From: Eledone cirrhosa
Taxonomy: Eukaryota
Direction: 5' to 3'
DNA length: 64,000 nucleotides
Assembly (NCBI GenBank): GCA_964016885.1
Contig: OZ024740.1
Span: 329,282,001-329,346,000, forward strand
The notes beneath the pieces are model-generated. The model was not told the DNA's origin. It ran no database searches and worked only from the letters and a program-made list of their open reading frames with translations. Positions 1-17,669 of this stretch are shown one piece after another; within the stretch, counting starts at the first letter, position 1; every line of letters starts with the position of its first letter. Made by a program: the position numbers and the translations under genes.

Positions 1-291
1 AATATCAACTTTTCTTATAATTACATTCATTGGGTTCTTTCCAGGGAAATACTAGAAAATTAACCTATTTGGTCATTCCATGAGAGAATCTTGGTCGACC
101 TATAAGCGATTCAGTCTATGAACCTTTCAGCTGAGCCTCACCCACAATTATGCATACATAGTAATGAGTAAATGCGATAAGTACCTCATTTCAAACATGC
201 TAATGATATTATCGTTGTTAGTATAATCATCTCTTTATTACCAGAATTTTTGCTTTAACATTCTATTCTTGGAGAATATTATGATTAGACA

Positions 292-474
292 ACGGTGGAT
301 TGGCAGTATCGGTAGAGAGTCGGACGCCATGCTTTCCAGCATAGTTACGTCCCTTTACGGTCTGAGTTCAGATCCCGCTGAGGTTCACTTTGCCTTTCAT
401 CCTTACGGGATCGATAAAATAAAGTACCAGTAATGTACTGTGTAATTGCTGGCCTTGTGCCAAAAGTAAAAACA
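292..474 (+). mobile_element. tRNA-derived SINE (main family in window), with 14-bp TSD
   Basis: A-box-like GGTGGATTGGCAGTATCGGT, B-box-like GAGTTCAGATCCC, central GCCTTTCATCCTT..GATCGATAAAATAAAGTACCAG (resembles the Meta-type SINE domain, from memory). ATTATGATTAGACA is duplicated at 278-291 and 475-488. Confidence 0.9.
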
Positions 475-1266
475 ATTATGATTAGACATGTCCCTGCAAG
501 CAAACTTTTAACTGGATTTAGACCCCCTGCGATAAAATAATAGATGACTTTTTATTTGTCAGACGATATTTTCCCACAGAATAGTCTATTGATTTTCTAC
601 TTACATTCTCTCTCTTTTTCTCCCACTCAGTGTAACTAAAGCTTTAATATATTTTGCCCTTGCAAAACATTAAGCTTCATACATATGATATGCAAGCTAC
701 ACCTATATATTGAAGCGTATACACGTTTATGCAGAGGCCTTTGTTATTTTTAACATATTTAACTCAGAAATGCTACGTGTGATGTGTACCTGTGTGTACA
801 TTGGCAATATAAACATCTTTGTAATTATATTCTTAGAAAAGTAACTTTTTATACAAACTTGAAATACCTTTCTTCTATTTTTGTCTACTTTTAAAAGTTT
901 CTCAAATTCTACGCGAGATATTAGCCAGTAATCTTTCAAGAATTTAAGAAACATTAGGATAATAAGCATCATTGCTTGAATTCCTACTACAGTTCAGGAA
1001 AGTATTGGTATATCATTTTGAAATACTGTGTGTACGAAGTATAGAACTGATGTGGCCTCAAAGCGTTTCGTGCTAATTTTGGGGTAAGCCGCACACACCA
1101 ACTCACAATAACTCATATAGCGATCTACGTGGAAAGATCTATTATGTTATTGCATGCACTTACACAATTGCCCAATATATATATATAAATTATACAAATG
1201 TTTTGAAAAGGAATAATTTCATGGCATTAAATATAGACTTCAGAAACACGCAAGTATTTTAATAAT

Positions 1267-1452
1267 TGTTTCTACGTTTGGCACAAGGCCCACAATAACC
1301 CAGTGCATTACTGGTACTTTATTTTATCGACCCCGTAAGGATGAAAGGCAAAGTTTACCTCGGCGGGATTTGAACTCAGAATGGCAAGGGCCGTGACTCT
1401 ATACGTCAAAGCATGACACCCGACCCTCTACAGATACTGCCAATCCACCGCC
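1267..1452 (-). mobile_element. tRNA-derived SINE, same family, 12-bp TSD
   Basis: Reverse complement of the 292-474 family; TATTTTAATAAT at 1255-1266 and 1455-1466. Confidence 0.9.
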
Positions 1453-1989
1453 TATATTTTAATAATGTATTTACATTATGTAAATTTACATATGCGGAGA
1501 GTTTAAGAGTTACATGAAAATCTTAAAGATGACACGAGGCAAACGTTGTTTGTTGGTAGAGTATTACTGCAGCCGTTTTTGATATATTGACTCAAAGACC
1601 TATCTGTCAATATAAAATGATAGAAATTCGTAGAAAAGTTAAATATATTTTCGAAACCTGATATACATATATATAATTAATAACTGAATTGTATTATCTT
1701 ATTGATTTCAAATTTTTTGAAAATCAAATGAATAATGACAACAAAATTGAATTAAAAAACAATATGTGTCTTAGATTAATTTTATTTTATGACTCTGTAT
1801 GTGTATGAATGCACAGTAGCTACTGTTATGGGCACTGCCTATTCAATATTTGACATCTTGAAACGAGTGTCGATATATAGGCACACATAGACACTAATGC
1901 ATAGATAAAATCCTATACAACTCTTAGAAAATATATTTCCTTCCTGACTAAATGAGATAATTAGTCATAGCAAACTTATTTCAAGAATG

Positions 1990-3760
<1,771 letters not shown>

Positions 3761-3946
3761 AATAGTGAGCAATAGTGAGCAAGTATTACAAGACATTTCG
3801 TTTGACGCTCACACAAAGCCACCAATCCTAGATCAGTCATTTATTGACATCGAAAATGAAATGCAGTATGTATATGTGGCAAATTTGAACTTATAGCACG
3901 GAATGTCAGGAAAGATTCGCCCTAATTGACTCTTTTCATAATCATG

Positions 3947-3977
<31 letters not shown>

Positions 3978-5122
3978 TAATACCAGCACAATGCGATATG
4001 TTTAAAAACTAAGTCTCTCTATATAGTATTTCTAAGACAAAAGAAAAAGTATCATTCGGATTAGTTTCAGTTCTATGTTGAGATTCCCCTTGCAACTAAG
4101 CACATACATATACTGCTTGTCAACTCCCAATCACCAGAGGGCTTAATAAAATCAAGCAGTCTAATTTTAAATATAACCCAAATTTGGCAATAAATTAGAT
4201 TAACAATTACATCTGCGTTAAAATTGTGATTCAACTTTACGCTCTATTTCAAATTATCAATACTACGTATGAAATAGGCAGCGGTACACATATTGTCTAT
4301 ATAAACAATAATGTCTTGAACAGAAAACGTGCGATTTGGTAAACTAATGTGTGTGAGTGATTATTCTCCTTAACTGTTTACATAGTCATGGCTTATACGC
4401 CACTAATCACTCTAGGGATTATCGGTTGAACCCGCTTTCCTTTTCCACGGACGTAGTAGAGATTATATCTGTATATAATAGTCAGAATGGCGTAAATCAA
4501 TATACACGTATTTATGTATTGTTCCAAAGATTATATGAAATATCTGCTTATCAGATTTGTCTTTAAATATTATATTCTTGCTAGGTTAATGCATTTACAT
4601 ATTATGGCACAAATTTACATAATAAATCATGGTAGAAGCTTTTAAGTTATATCCAGCTGCTCCCAAAATATCTATACAGCTTGTATATATTGTGCGTGAT
4701 AGGCTAAATCGGAATGAATATGTTTCTGCAGAATTCAAATTCAGATTAAACAATAAAACGTATGTTCACAAAACAATTCGTGAAAATAAAAAAAAAATTA
4801 GACACTCTGACAACATATTAAGAATATAGTAAACTATATTTACTATTACATAAACCATAATTGTAACAAAATTATATATATATATATGTGTGTGTGTATG
4901 TGTGTATGTTTGTGTGTATATATTTTTGTGAAACACATAGGGATCGGTGACTTTTGTCATGAATCGAAACATTTCAGAACGGTTTTAGTCACATTGCAGC
5001 ATTCTTTTGAAGACGGTGTGAAATACCATATAATAATATAATATAGATAAAAAAGGTTATATAATCTCTAGAATATTGATGTCCTAATAACCATTTGTAT
5101 ATATATATATATATATATATAT

Positions 5123-5433
5123 AATAGAAAACGAAAAATCAGTGATGCATCTGAACTTAATTTATTGTGTGTTACAATTGTTTCGCCGGCGGACAGCTCG
5201 AGATGCTCCGAAATCATTAGACGTGTCTGTTGAACCTGCAGGTTCAGAATCAGACAGATCCACACAATTATCGCGTCTCAAGCTGTCCGCCGCCGAAACA
5301 ATTGTAACACACAATAAATTGAGTTCAGATGTATCACTGATTTTTCGTTTTCTATTCTATCATATTCTGCTCTGTAAGGGCATAGAGTGCTCAACCGGCA
5401 TACCGCATATAGAAGCATCTTAACTACCATAAG

Positions 5434-5435
<2 letters not shown>
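5123..5435. mobile_element. short asymmetric inverted-repeat element (~85-bp arms) between (TA)n and (CA)n
   Basis: 5123-5206 is the reverse complement of ~5273-5356; the right arm continues ~80 bp further. Contains a GAAA-CAATTG-TA hammerhead-like 3' half with a non-canonical core. Confidence 0.7.
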
Positions 5436-5492
<57 letters not shown>

Positions 5493-5515
5493 CATACACA
5501 CACACACATACACAC

Positions 5516-5567
<52 letters not shown>

Positions 5568-6520
5568 TTATATATATATACTCGTTTTTTTTACATTATC
5601 AATAATTAAGAATTAAAGAAGGCAATGCAGCAATAAAACTCAAACACAAACATACATATTGTTTCCAATCTTTTATTGGTTGCAGTCATACGACTATATT
5701 TGTCCAATGATGCCAGGCGTCATAAGATTAATCGATCATGTTGGAACTAGTATTTGTTTTAGATTTGCACGTATCGAACTCTATTTATCAATTTATGCCT
5801 AAGTTACCATTTGGCGAAACAGGATGAAAACCTTTAATGGAAGAATCGATACAAAAAAGATATGAACAAAATTGTCTTGAGTTATTTGGCTTCATTTCTG
5901 GAAGTCCAGTGTGCGTGAGGTCTTCGTCTAAAATCTAAGTTGTTGGTGCCACAAGCATACTCTTTAAAAAGTCATTGAAATAGAATAACATAAAATAATA
6001 ACTTGATGTGTTAAATGTTAATGTTATTTTGCGGTGATATTACTGTTAATATATTTTTACGTTTCTCTAATTGACTAGCCTTGGTCCTCTATTCGAAATC
6101 AATATTTATTAACAAGACACATAGCAGTTCTGTTTTTTAATATATTTTCTTATTTCTATCTTTATACATATATGTATAGTGCTTCATATATAGTCTCTTT
6201 ATATTAATACATTCCATCATACTATTAAATCTGAAGAGTGATAAAGTGTTTCAACGGGGAACACCCGAACGCGTTTTATTTCGATTATGTCTTTGGATGA
6301 TTTTTTTGTCCTTAAAGATATCGACGAAAGTGAGTTTTGTCCTTCCAGATATCGACGAAAGTGAGTTGTAGTTCGATATCCCTGAAGTCAAATTTTCCTT
6401 TCATCATTTAATAGTAGAAGAAAAAAAAACAACAACCCAAAACAGAATATACTCTTCTTAAAAAATGTATGTCTTTGCCATAAATCTCTATTTACTATAA
6501 TTAATAGTTGCAGAAGCATT

Positions 6521-6599
6521 TAGAAGAAGACGAAGAAGAAGAAGAAGAAGAAGAAGAAGAAGAAGAAGAAGAAGAAGAAGAAGAAGAAGAAGAAGAAGA
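6521..6599 (+). repeat. (GAA)n trinucleotide microsatellite
   Basis: Direct inspection; explains the poly-E ORF 6508-6720. Confidence 0.95.
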
Positions 6600-6726
6600 C
6601 AGGGTTTTAAGAAATTGTCAATATATATGCCTGGGTTATTTCGTTCTTTCCCTTGGGATCAAAGGGAAAGAACGAAATAAGCGAAGGCTTAGGTTTTTTG
6701 TTATTTTGGTCGACATATAATATTAT

Positions 6727-7900
6727 TTACCCACATTTAGTGTATTGGACTGTTGCTCCTCCTACAACCCGTGTATCTTGTGTAGAATTTCTAGAGATTT
6801 GTTGGATATGGGCGATTTTACCGTCATCAGGAGTGGAATTTGATCTAGACTTCCGCATTCTGTTGTATACACATTTAGCATAGAAATTTATTACTAATAT
6901 TGTAGTTGCAATCCTAACTGATGTCAACTTTATCTTTTATCCAGCTATGGTAAATGATGTACTTGTCTAGGGAGATGAAAAGGCAGCATATTAGAGCCGT
7001 TATGTTGCGGTCTTTGCATTCTGGATTTAATTTCCGCTGTAGTCTATTTAGATGGCATATTAAATCCGTCATTCGATTTAACTGCGCAACCTAGCCATTG
7101 CATAATTTTAGCAATAATTCTGTAGCAATAAATTGGTTCTGATCTCTGTATCTCAACAAACTCAGAAGCCCTAAATATATTCATGTGAAATGCCCTATTC
7201 GAGATAATGCAATATAAACAATTCTGATATGATATAGGATCCACAGCTGAGTGACTAATGCCCAAAATATGAGCAGAACAAATTTATTCAGAATCAGCGG
7301 AAATTTATTCAGTACTGAATTTGATTCGAGTTAGCAAATAGGAATAAATAAATAGTGCATGGTATTTTCTTTGTCATTCTAGCAATTCTGTTTTCTACCA
7401 ATGTTAAAAATATTTATTTAGTAGATTCAGCGCAATATCACGTGTGTTCTGAGAAATACCATTCGATTAACAAACGACAGATTTTATTGATCCCAGAAGG
7501 AGGAAAGGTAAAATATCTTACGCGGATTTTGAACTCAGAATGTCAACAAAGACAATGAACTGAAACTAAATATTCATTACCTGAATCATGCACATTCCAT
7601 TAGACAAACAACACATAATATATACCAGGATACTGTCGCAAAATTGAAAGTATATACAAATAAATGCATCCATGTAATCGATATATAGCTTTGCACTTCT
7701 TTTGTCCACGCTTCTATAACACTACCTGATATCTTTCGTAATCTTTTCTTTCATAGCCACGCTTCGGCAGGTTATCCATACAAAATAATGGATCTGAGTA
7801 ATCAGAAACACTTCCGAACCTCATCGGTTGTACGATTCTCTTAATTTGAAATGTAGATTTATTTCACATTACACATTAAGGTTAACTGGTGATAGAATCA
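6727..7900 (-). pseudogene. possible decayed protocadherin 3' part (last EC repeats, TM, tail)
   Basis: GYERKDYERYQVVL*KRG (LDYE..Y..V..D.G-like), YRIIAKI, then hydrophobic SVRIATTILVINFYAKC followed by basic RMRKSR. A diverged SINE lies at ~7430-7545. Confidence 0.25.
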
Positions 7901-8163
7901 GGGGCATTTATGCAATTCTCTGCTACATTACGTAAATAATTCAGCTGTTCGAAGAAATAAAAAAAGAAAGTCGAATATAATGGGAGATCTATTTACATCC
8001 ATCCATACATACATGCATGAATACAGACAGACATACATATACATACATGCATGCATACATACCTATATATCAATACATACATGCATGCACATAAACATGC
8101 GAACTCAAAATATACAAAATGTTATAGATAAGGATACAACCGCAAAATGCATCACCCATACAC

Positions 8164-8267
<104 letters not shown>

Positions 8268-8329
8268 CAGAGAGAGGTAGTGAGTGGGAGAAAGAGGGGG
8301 GTATTTATGGTCTCTGTGCAATGAAACTG

Positions 8330-9395
8330 CCTGACAGCATGAATAAATGTCTTCCATAATAGCCTCTGCTCGGCCCAAGATCGACTGAAATCTTGAGAGT
8401 AGAATTGGGCAAACGGAAATTATTTGGAGGCTTTGCGGATGCAATTCATTGAGAACTCAATGTGACGAATTTATTACACACTGGATTTGGCAGTCTACAT
8501 GAGGATTGAGTAAAACTTGCAATCATCTATGAAATATTCAGCCATATTTAGTAGATATATACAACACCCATCATCCAACGTGATGGAGAATCTATTTACA
8601 CACACAAAACACGCAGCTAGAATAACAAACTCATATACACACACACACATACATTGCATTGACGTAGTCACAGAAAAATATAAGCAATAAAAGGAAAACA
8701 AACATTATTTATAGCAGAATCTATCTCCATATGTAATGAATCATAAGTAACAATACTGTTTAGATCTCAATAGAATTTGCTATATGTATATGTTCAAAAG
8801 CAAGCGACACTAGATGATAGAGAATATCAACAACTTCTAAAGATATTTTTGCCTGTGATATAGAAGTTATGTAGTGATAGGCAAAACAAACATGAATAGA
8901 TTTTAAGAGTATTTTGTTTAGTATGTTGACAAAAAGATTTAGTGTTCCACATCTTAAAAGTTCCTGTTTAACCTTTCCCTTTCCTGAACCACTTCTTTCA
9001 CTTCTGTATATATATATATATAAATACAGTATATACATATATATATATGTATATATAAATATATATATATGTATATATATATGTATATATATATGTATAT
9101 ATATATATAAAATTAGAAGGTGTATTTAATTTGTTGGAAGTCCGACAAATATAACTGTTTATAACTGATTTAGAGCACTCAACAATTTACTGGAGTAAAT
9201 ATTCAATGATATATATATATATATACGTATGTATATATATATGTATATATATATGTCTATGTATATATATATATGTATGTAAATATATATATGTATATAT
9301 ATATGTGTATATATATATGTGTATGTATATATATATGTGTATGTATATATATATATATATATGTATGTATATATATGTATATATATATGTGTATG

Positions 9396-9428
<33 letters not shown>

Positions 9429-9431
9429 GTG

Positions 9432-9476
<45 letters not shown>

Positions 9477-9479
9477 GTG

Positions 9480-9576
<97 letters not shown>

Positions 9577-9586
9577 GTATGTATGT

Positions 9587-9633
<47 letters not shown>

Positions 9634-9905
9634 CATATATATATACATATATATAAACGTATATACATATATGTGTGTATGTGCATGTACGGGTGTGGGT
9701 GTGTGTATATATGTGTGTGTGTGATGAAGAATAAGTGAGTTGTTGTTGAGCGGGGAAGAGGAAGAGAAAAATGAATCAGAGATAAAATTATCTTGGAAAT
9801 ATAGTTCAGATGTCACATCCTTTAGTAAGTCTTCTATTGCAAATATTAGTCAAACCTCACAGAAACTCAAAGACTCTCTCTCTTACATTCTAAAGCCTTC
9901 CGATA
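8330..9905 (-). pseudogene. possible decayed protocadherin fragment split by TA tracts
   Basis: QQIKYTF, CGTLNLFVNIL...TSISQAKISLEVVD (cadherin repeat end-like), followed by hydrophobic YEFVILAACFVCV. Confidence 0.25.
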
Positions 9906-9906
9906 C

Positions 9907-10034
<128 letters not shown>

Positions 10035-10085
10035 GTATTAATACATATATATATATATATAAATATATATATATATAAATAATGC

Positions 10086-10629
10086 GTGTAATATTAAATA
10101 TTATCCAATTACAAGTATGGGAATAGCTCGATGAAAAATATCAAATATAATACAGAGTCGGAATACTTTATAAATAATAATCAAAGAGTGTTTAATAACA
10201 TTTAATTACTAACGATTGTTTCATCCAAGCGCAAGGCCGGTTCCATCGGAGTATCAAAGCTTAGAAAACAGATAACTTTGTCAAAGAGCATTCTGGGGAT
10301 ACCACATATGGGAAGAAAGCAAAAGTAATAGATATTAACATTGACATAAGAGAGCACATGAAAAGCATAATCATATCAATATGATTAAGAATCAGCAGTT
10401 AGAGACATTTAAAAAACTTAAAAACAAGGGGGTAAAAGAAAAGATAGAAGCTGTTATAATGAATTTAAGCATAATATAGGCATATCATACATTGAGAAAT
10501 TTACCTGCAACATAAGCATTACACAACTCTATAAAGGTAGTGCATCGATAAAAAATAAATTTAAATTTAAAAATATAAAAGTATATATTCTAGGTACATA
10601 CAAATTTTCCTTGAGGATGTTTTTTACAT

Positions 10630-10630
<1 letters not shown>
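10086..10630 (-). mobile_element. PLE-type 3' end remnant with degenerate hammerhead, TA-flanked
   Basis: Minus strand TACT-CCGATGG...GGAT-GAAA-CAATCG-TT-AGTA at ~10206-10256; related to 21140-21180 and 21830-21900. Confidence 0.45.
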
Positions 10631-10681
<51 letters not shown>

Positions 10682-10944
10682 ACACGACTCAGGACCTCGA
10701 CGGCTGAGCGCCGGCCGTTTCGACAATATATATATTGCTTACTGACAAACTACCTAATAATATAATCATTCGACCTAATGTAGAAATGAAGTAAATCTGA
10801 TTTCATCAATTTCGAATGCGAACATGGAAACAATCGATAATACCGTACATCATGGATTTCCTCCGCCCTTAAATTTTAATATACGGTGAGGTCGACAGAG
10901 AGAATAATTTGAATATATATATATATATAGAGAGAGAGAGAGCG

Positions 10945-11020
<76 letters not shown>

Positions 11021-12542
11021 AAATAGAAGAAATATGAGAAGATTTATATTCACTGAGGTTATGTTTTTTTAGATATATTTGATTGTGGTTTGATTTTTTT
11101 AGATTGATTTGATTGAGAAGAAATATGTAAAAGAACAAGTGGAAATGTTTAGAAGACAAAGATTCATGGAAGTTTGATCGTTGGTAAAAGATACTATGTA
11201 ACGCAAAATCTAGGTATATTACTAATAAATAAATGACGAAATATAATGGAAAGTGTGAGGTCAGGAGAGGGGAAAGAAAAAGAGTAATTCAAAGAAAGTT
11301 GACATATAATTGCAAATATAATTAAATAAAAATAACCTAGCTTCTAATAAAATTAAGCGGCGTACGAGATCTAAAGTTGAATACGAAAAGCCTGAAGTGA
11401 TTCTCGCAATATATCATATTTGTAGTGCTAAATATAAATATGGAAGACTGATCTTATAAAAGAGAATTTAATCAGAAAGGAGAAAATATGAAATAGATAA
11501 ACACGCCAATATTTATGCATACAATTCTCTACCTACTAATCCCGTTTGCATACACTTTTTTGTAATTTCAGCGATTCCATACGTTCTTACTATATATTGC
11601 CTGGTGTAATCTGGCCTCACATTGACTATGGCAACTTGCATCTAATTATGGAATTTAAAGAAATATATCTATCTCCGCGTATCTGTTCAAACCTTTATTT
11701 TATAATTAAAAAACATTGAAATTACCCCCCCCCCCCCTCCGGCACAAACATAAATAAACATACATAGATATATATGAGCCGTCGAAACGGCTTGAGCTCT
11801 GCCGTCGGAGTCTTGAACACTTTCCTATATACATATATATACATATATATACATATATATATGTTTATGTATATATGCGTGTGTGTGTATGAATGTATGT
11901 ATATGTGTGTATATATGAGTGTATATATGTATGTATACGTATGTGTATTTTGTCTGTGGATTATAAACATACAGAGACATTAGCCCTGAATGTTTGTATT
12001 TACATACACTTTTTCGACATGCGTATGCATGTGAACATACATTTTTATGCATATCTGTGAACGAAGTTACTTGCATATATACACACACCTAACTGTATTT
12101 TCTTGATGTATTTTTATGTATTTCATTGGTCTATTTAAAATCTGTTCCCAAACAGACCTGTAATTTTGAATTGTTGTTATTATCAATAAATATACTTCAT
12201 TATTTCTGAAGACGGCATATGTATGTGTTGGTACGTATATTCTATTTGATAGTTTGTATAATTTTGTATAATTTTGTACATAGATCTTTTGAATATGCAT
12301 GCCAATTCTAACACATATATGTCCTAGAAACGATCGTTAAATAATGAACTTTTTTTGTTTAATATAAGGAACTGTTTCATTGTTTTATTCATTATTTTTT
12401 TAATATTTTATCTTGACTCTGTATTCCGTTTATCTTTCACCGAAAGTGATTTTTGAATGCATCTCTTCTTTCCATGATATCCAGATTACATTGAGTTCTT
12501 CATACGGATTGGACACTACCGTAAACTTTTGGTAGATTTATC

Positions 12543-12573
<31 letters not shown>

Positions 12574-12762
12574 TGCATTTACCTGCTCCCATTTTTCATG
12601 TCTTTTTTCCGCCTCAGTTGCCTTATATAATTTTTTGTATAAATATTGATGCTTTCGATTATCTAACCTGGAGTGATATATCAATAATATCGAATCATTA
12701 TGTTTATTCACATATGCGAGTAAATATAATATTGTTATATTGATATTTAGTTCATGTTCCTT

Positions 12763-12870
12763 AAATCCCGCCAAGGTTAACTTTACCTTTCATCCTTACG
12801 AGATCGATAATATAAAGTACCAATAATGTACTGGGTATTTGCTGGCCTTGTGCCAAAAGTAGAAACAATT
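12763..12870 (+). mobile_element. 5'-truncated SINE of the main family
   Basis: AAATCCCGCCAAGGTTAACTTTACCTTTCATCCTTACGAGATCGATAA...GGCCTTGTGCCAAAAGTAGAAACAATT. Confidence 0.85.
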
Positions 12871-13057
12871 ATTTTTATTAACACTCTGCTTCTAAGGATA
12901 CGGAATATGGTGAAATACCAAACCTAGAATCCTACATCAGTACCCGGGCAGAAATGCTAGCATTGTGTGCTCAAACGTATGGACAGTCAATGACTCAACA
13001 GTCATTTTACACAATGTGTGTATATATATACACATATAAATACATACACAATATGTA

Positions 13058-13132
<75 letters not shown>

Positions 13133-13149
13133 ATATATATATATAGTTG

Positions 13150-13540
13150 TTATATAGTAAGGTGTATTATTGGTTGTATCAAAACGTGCAATAAACTTTT
13201 ATTAGCAATAGAAGTTCTCCACACTTTTGTATATCTCCAATTCCATTTATGGGAACACCTAGATGATGTAAAACGGAGTATTTGTATCAAAATAAAGATC
13301 CGAAGGCATGGTATAAATTTCCAATCATTTTAATCACGACAATGTTTCAATAAGAGATAGATCGATCGTGTAGCCATGATTGATTATCACTGATCTCGTC
13401 AGGTGAAAATGAATTGTCTTCAAATCCTTGATATGAGGGGGAAAATGTTCTCCCTCATATCAAGTAACTGAAGACAATTCATTTTCACCTGACGAAGTCA
13501 GTGATAATCTATCATGGCTACACGATCGATCTATCTCTTA
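13150..13540. mobile_element. asymmetric inverted pLTR-type element (arms 13351-~13440 / ~13450-13540)
   Basis: Arms are reverse complements; the left arm extends further and matches 17560-17715 in the opposite orientation. Confidence 0.8.
13334..13406 (-). ncRNA. type I hammerhead ribozyme (long stem II)
   Basis: TCAC-CTGACGA-GAT...ATT-GAAA-CATTG-TC-GTGA: stem I TCAC/GTGA, canonical core, GUC cleavage triplet. Confidence 0.75.
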
Positions 13541-13544
13541 TAAT

Positions 13545-14733
<1,189 letters not shown>

Positions 14734-14995
14734 CAGTATCGGAGAAAGGTTTTTAGCGGTACTCCGGCCAAATTCCAACTCACTCAACAAACATTAGGAA
14801 ATAAGTGATTATATTCCTAATTATGCGTTCGGGGTGCTAACTAAATGTATTGCGTGGAAAATTGGCTGTATTATTTCATATGAGACATATCGAATATACC
14901 TCTTCCCATATATATATATATATATGTGTGTGTATATATATGTATATATATATATATATATTTTGTTTATTGGCAACATGACACTCCCAAATTAT

Positions 14996-15074
<79 letters not shown>

Positions 15075-15089
15075 GTTTAGACAACAGAA

Positions 15090-15960
15090 TGTGTATATAA
15101 GATACAGGCGTCAGTCGAATTTATGACAGTATTTAATTAGCTCAATGCTTGAAAGCAGAGCCGTTATATGAAACAAAAACAAAGAGCGCTGACATCATCA
15201 ATTAATCTTTATTTGCTGACAGTGTTTCGTCCTTTCATAATTGCAGGAGTCATCAGAGCGTTATGAAGATGAATTAGATCAATAGTATAAACTCTACCGA
15301 CCTATATCACAAGAACGATCCATATGTAGCACAGAGGACTAAGAAGAGTGGGGTGCTTGGTCGACTCGTCACCTCTAGAAGCCGATACATATTAGACCAA
15401 AATCAGTTACACTAATTAAAGATAAGGAAAAATAAAAGATAAGGAAGTTAAAGATAAGAGATAAAGGGTAATGGGTAGAGTCTAGAAGAAAGGATAAAAT
15501 AAAGATAACAATAAGGTGATGATAATATAAGAAAATATAAAAAAATAATTTAAAATATTAAAAATAAAAATGAGAATAAAATATGAGAATAAAAGGTGAT
15601 AAAAATAAAGATAAAAATAAAAATAAGAATGAAACATAAAAGATAACACATTATATAAGCAATGTAAATAAACGCAATTGTAGACAGTAAAGGATTTCAG
15701 AGGTGACAGTTTAAGAATAATATCAACCAAAGTGAATGATGTAGGCAGAGTCAGATATAGCGGGAGCTAGATAAAGCGATCATAAAGTGGAATTCCATGT
15801 ATCCATCACAGTATGGCAACAAGTGTTATAAGTGGCGTTCAAATGCAATTTATCTGTGTGGTACACAGAACATATAGGTCGCTAAAGCAAAGCGTAGTGG
15901 AAGCAGGTGAAAGCAATCATCATGGATATCAGTAGAATATAACGTTTGCGTGTCCGTGTG
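15090..15960 (-). mobile_element. PLE 3' end / pLTR remnant, TA-flanked
   Basis: Strong strand asymmetry, contains the hammerhead at 15215-15259, bounded by TA tracts. Confidence 0.5.
15215..15259 (-). ncRNA. minimal type I hammerhead ribozyme
   Basis: GCT-CTGATGA-CTCC..GGAC-GAAA-CACTG-TC-AGC; only the first stem II pair is a mismatch. Confidence 0.8.
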
Positions 15961-16002
15961 TTTGCGTGTAAGCCTACATAGACCTACGTACATACGCACA
16001 CA

Positions 16003-16092
<90 letters not shown>

Positions 16093-16449
16093 TACATACA
16101 TGCATACATGTATCCACGTGTTCCATTCGTCCGTGTTACCCCTTACAATTACAATACCACCCACTCCAGTCTCATGTTGGGATCAATACCTTCGCATCAA
16201 AGCTGTGGGGTTGTGAGTCCATGTAATCCTAAGTTTCTCAGCATACCACGTTGGGTAACGAATGACTTAAATTATCCGAGTCATACAAGCATAGATGTAA
16301 CTATACATATCAAGCTGTAAGGTACATTCGGCGCGACCACTCTTCAGGTTCACATACAGTGGTGACAGTCAAGTTTGCTATTTTCAACATTATAATTTTA
16401 AAGGATTGTAAATAAAACGAGTACATCAGACAAAGTTGGAATTCCTTTT

Positions 16450-16563
<114 letters not shown>

Positions 16564-16581
16564 ATATATATATATATATAT

Positions 16582-16778
16582 ATGTTATTCTGGGTTGAAT
16601 CGGAGGTAACCACAATATGTAAGGTAGTCAATACATAGCAGAGTATAAAAGTGTTAATATAAAAGAGCTTCTACAGGACTAGAACTGTTTCATTCGTGAG
16701 AAATAATCAGGGAGCTCCCTGATGATTTCGCACGAATGAAACAGTTCTAGTCTTGTAGAAGCTCTTCTATATTAAAAC

Positions 16779-16779
<1 letters not shown>
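16582..16779. mobile_element. ~200-bp mini-element: two head-to-head hammerheads (palindrome 16654-16775) plus 3' tail, same family as 51.5-56 kb PLE
   Basis: Centre CAGGGAG|CTCCCTG; + strand CTGATGA..GAAA-CAG..TTG-TA. 16582-16680 matches 51501-51600. TA tracts on both sides. Confidence 0.85.
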
Positions 16780-16812
<33 letters not shown>

Positions 16813-16813
16813 T

Positions 16814-16860
<47 letters not shown>

Positions 16861-17595
16861 TAGATATATATGTATATCTATCGAGTTCGATATGAGCTGA
16901 TTGCTTGCCCTTCACATGGATGTGTATATACCTGACATACACTTTTTCGGACGATACGGATGTGTATATACCATATCATACACTTGAAGATACGGATGTT
17001 ACAATTCAATCTATACATGTATAACAGCACACTGAACTGAACTTACTTACTTGCGCGTGTGTGTGTGTATGTGTATGGGGCTGGGGTTAACCCAATATTT
17101 CCAATTTACATCGTCAAATTGAGACTTGACCAAGTTAGCAATTGTTGTTTTGTAAACGAAATTTCGGTGAATGCTGTGTTGGTATATTTTTATTCTTATA
17201 TTTGATGTTTTTTTCTATGACATCGCTTCGGTGTGTGAGAGTGTGTGTGTACCCACTCACACTAATTGTGACCTTCTATAGTTCTACAGGTTTTGTGCTG
17301 TGTTGATATGTGTATATATATATTTTTTTTTTTCTTTGACCTCGAGCCGGTGTATATGGGTGTTGAGTGTGTGTGTCCCCACTCACTTTAACTGGGACCG
17401 ACTGTATTTCTACAGATCTGATTAATGTCCAGCGTCCTTTGCAGCTATGGAGATTTGACAGTATTATGACCCTAACTAAAGCTGATAGCAGTCGCCGTAT
17501 TTATGACTACTGGATCTTCATATGAGGGAATAAACTCTGCGAGTGAACATTGCTAATTTTCTCCCTCATATCAAGAATTTGAAGACAATTCATTT

Positions 17596-17669
17596 TCACC
17601 TGATGAGATCAGTGATAATTGATCATGGCTTTACGATCGATCTATCTCTTATTGAAACATGTGTCGTGA
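17596..17669 (+). ncRNA. type I hammerhead ribozyme at the end of a PLE-type 3' UTR (~16870-17715)
   Basis: TCAC-CTGATGA-GAT...ATT-GAAA-CATGTG-TC-GTGA; same family as 13334-13406. Confidence 0.75.

Noticed and set aside
292-380. tRNA gene calls for SINE heads
   Set aside because: A/B boxes are present but there is no cloverleaf; they continue into the SINE body and have TSDs.
727-972. ORF with signal-peptide-like start MMLIILMFL
   Set aside because: Could be the 5' end of another relic gene, but downstream similarity is too weak to call.
6302-6367. Two ~32-bp direct repeats (CRISPR-like length)
   Set aside because: Adjacent tandem duplication without spacers, in a eukaryotic context.
6727-6790. 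DTRVVGG resembling a trypsin activation site
   Set aside because: No following PW motif or catalytic-triad context; likely chance.
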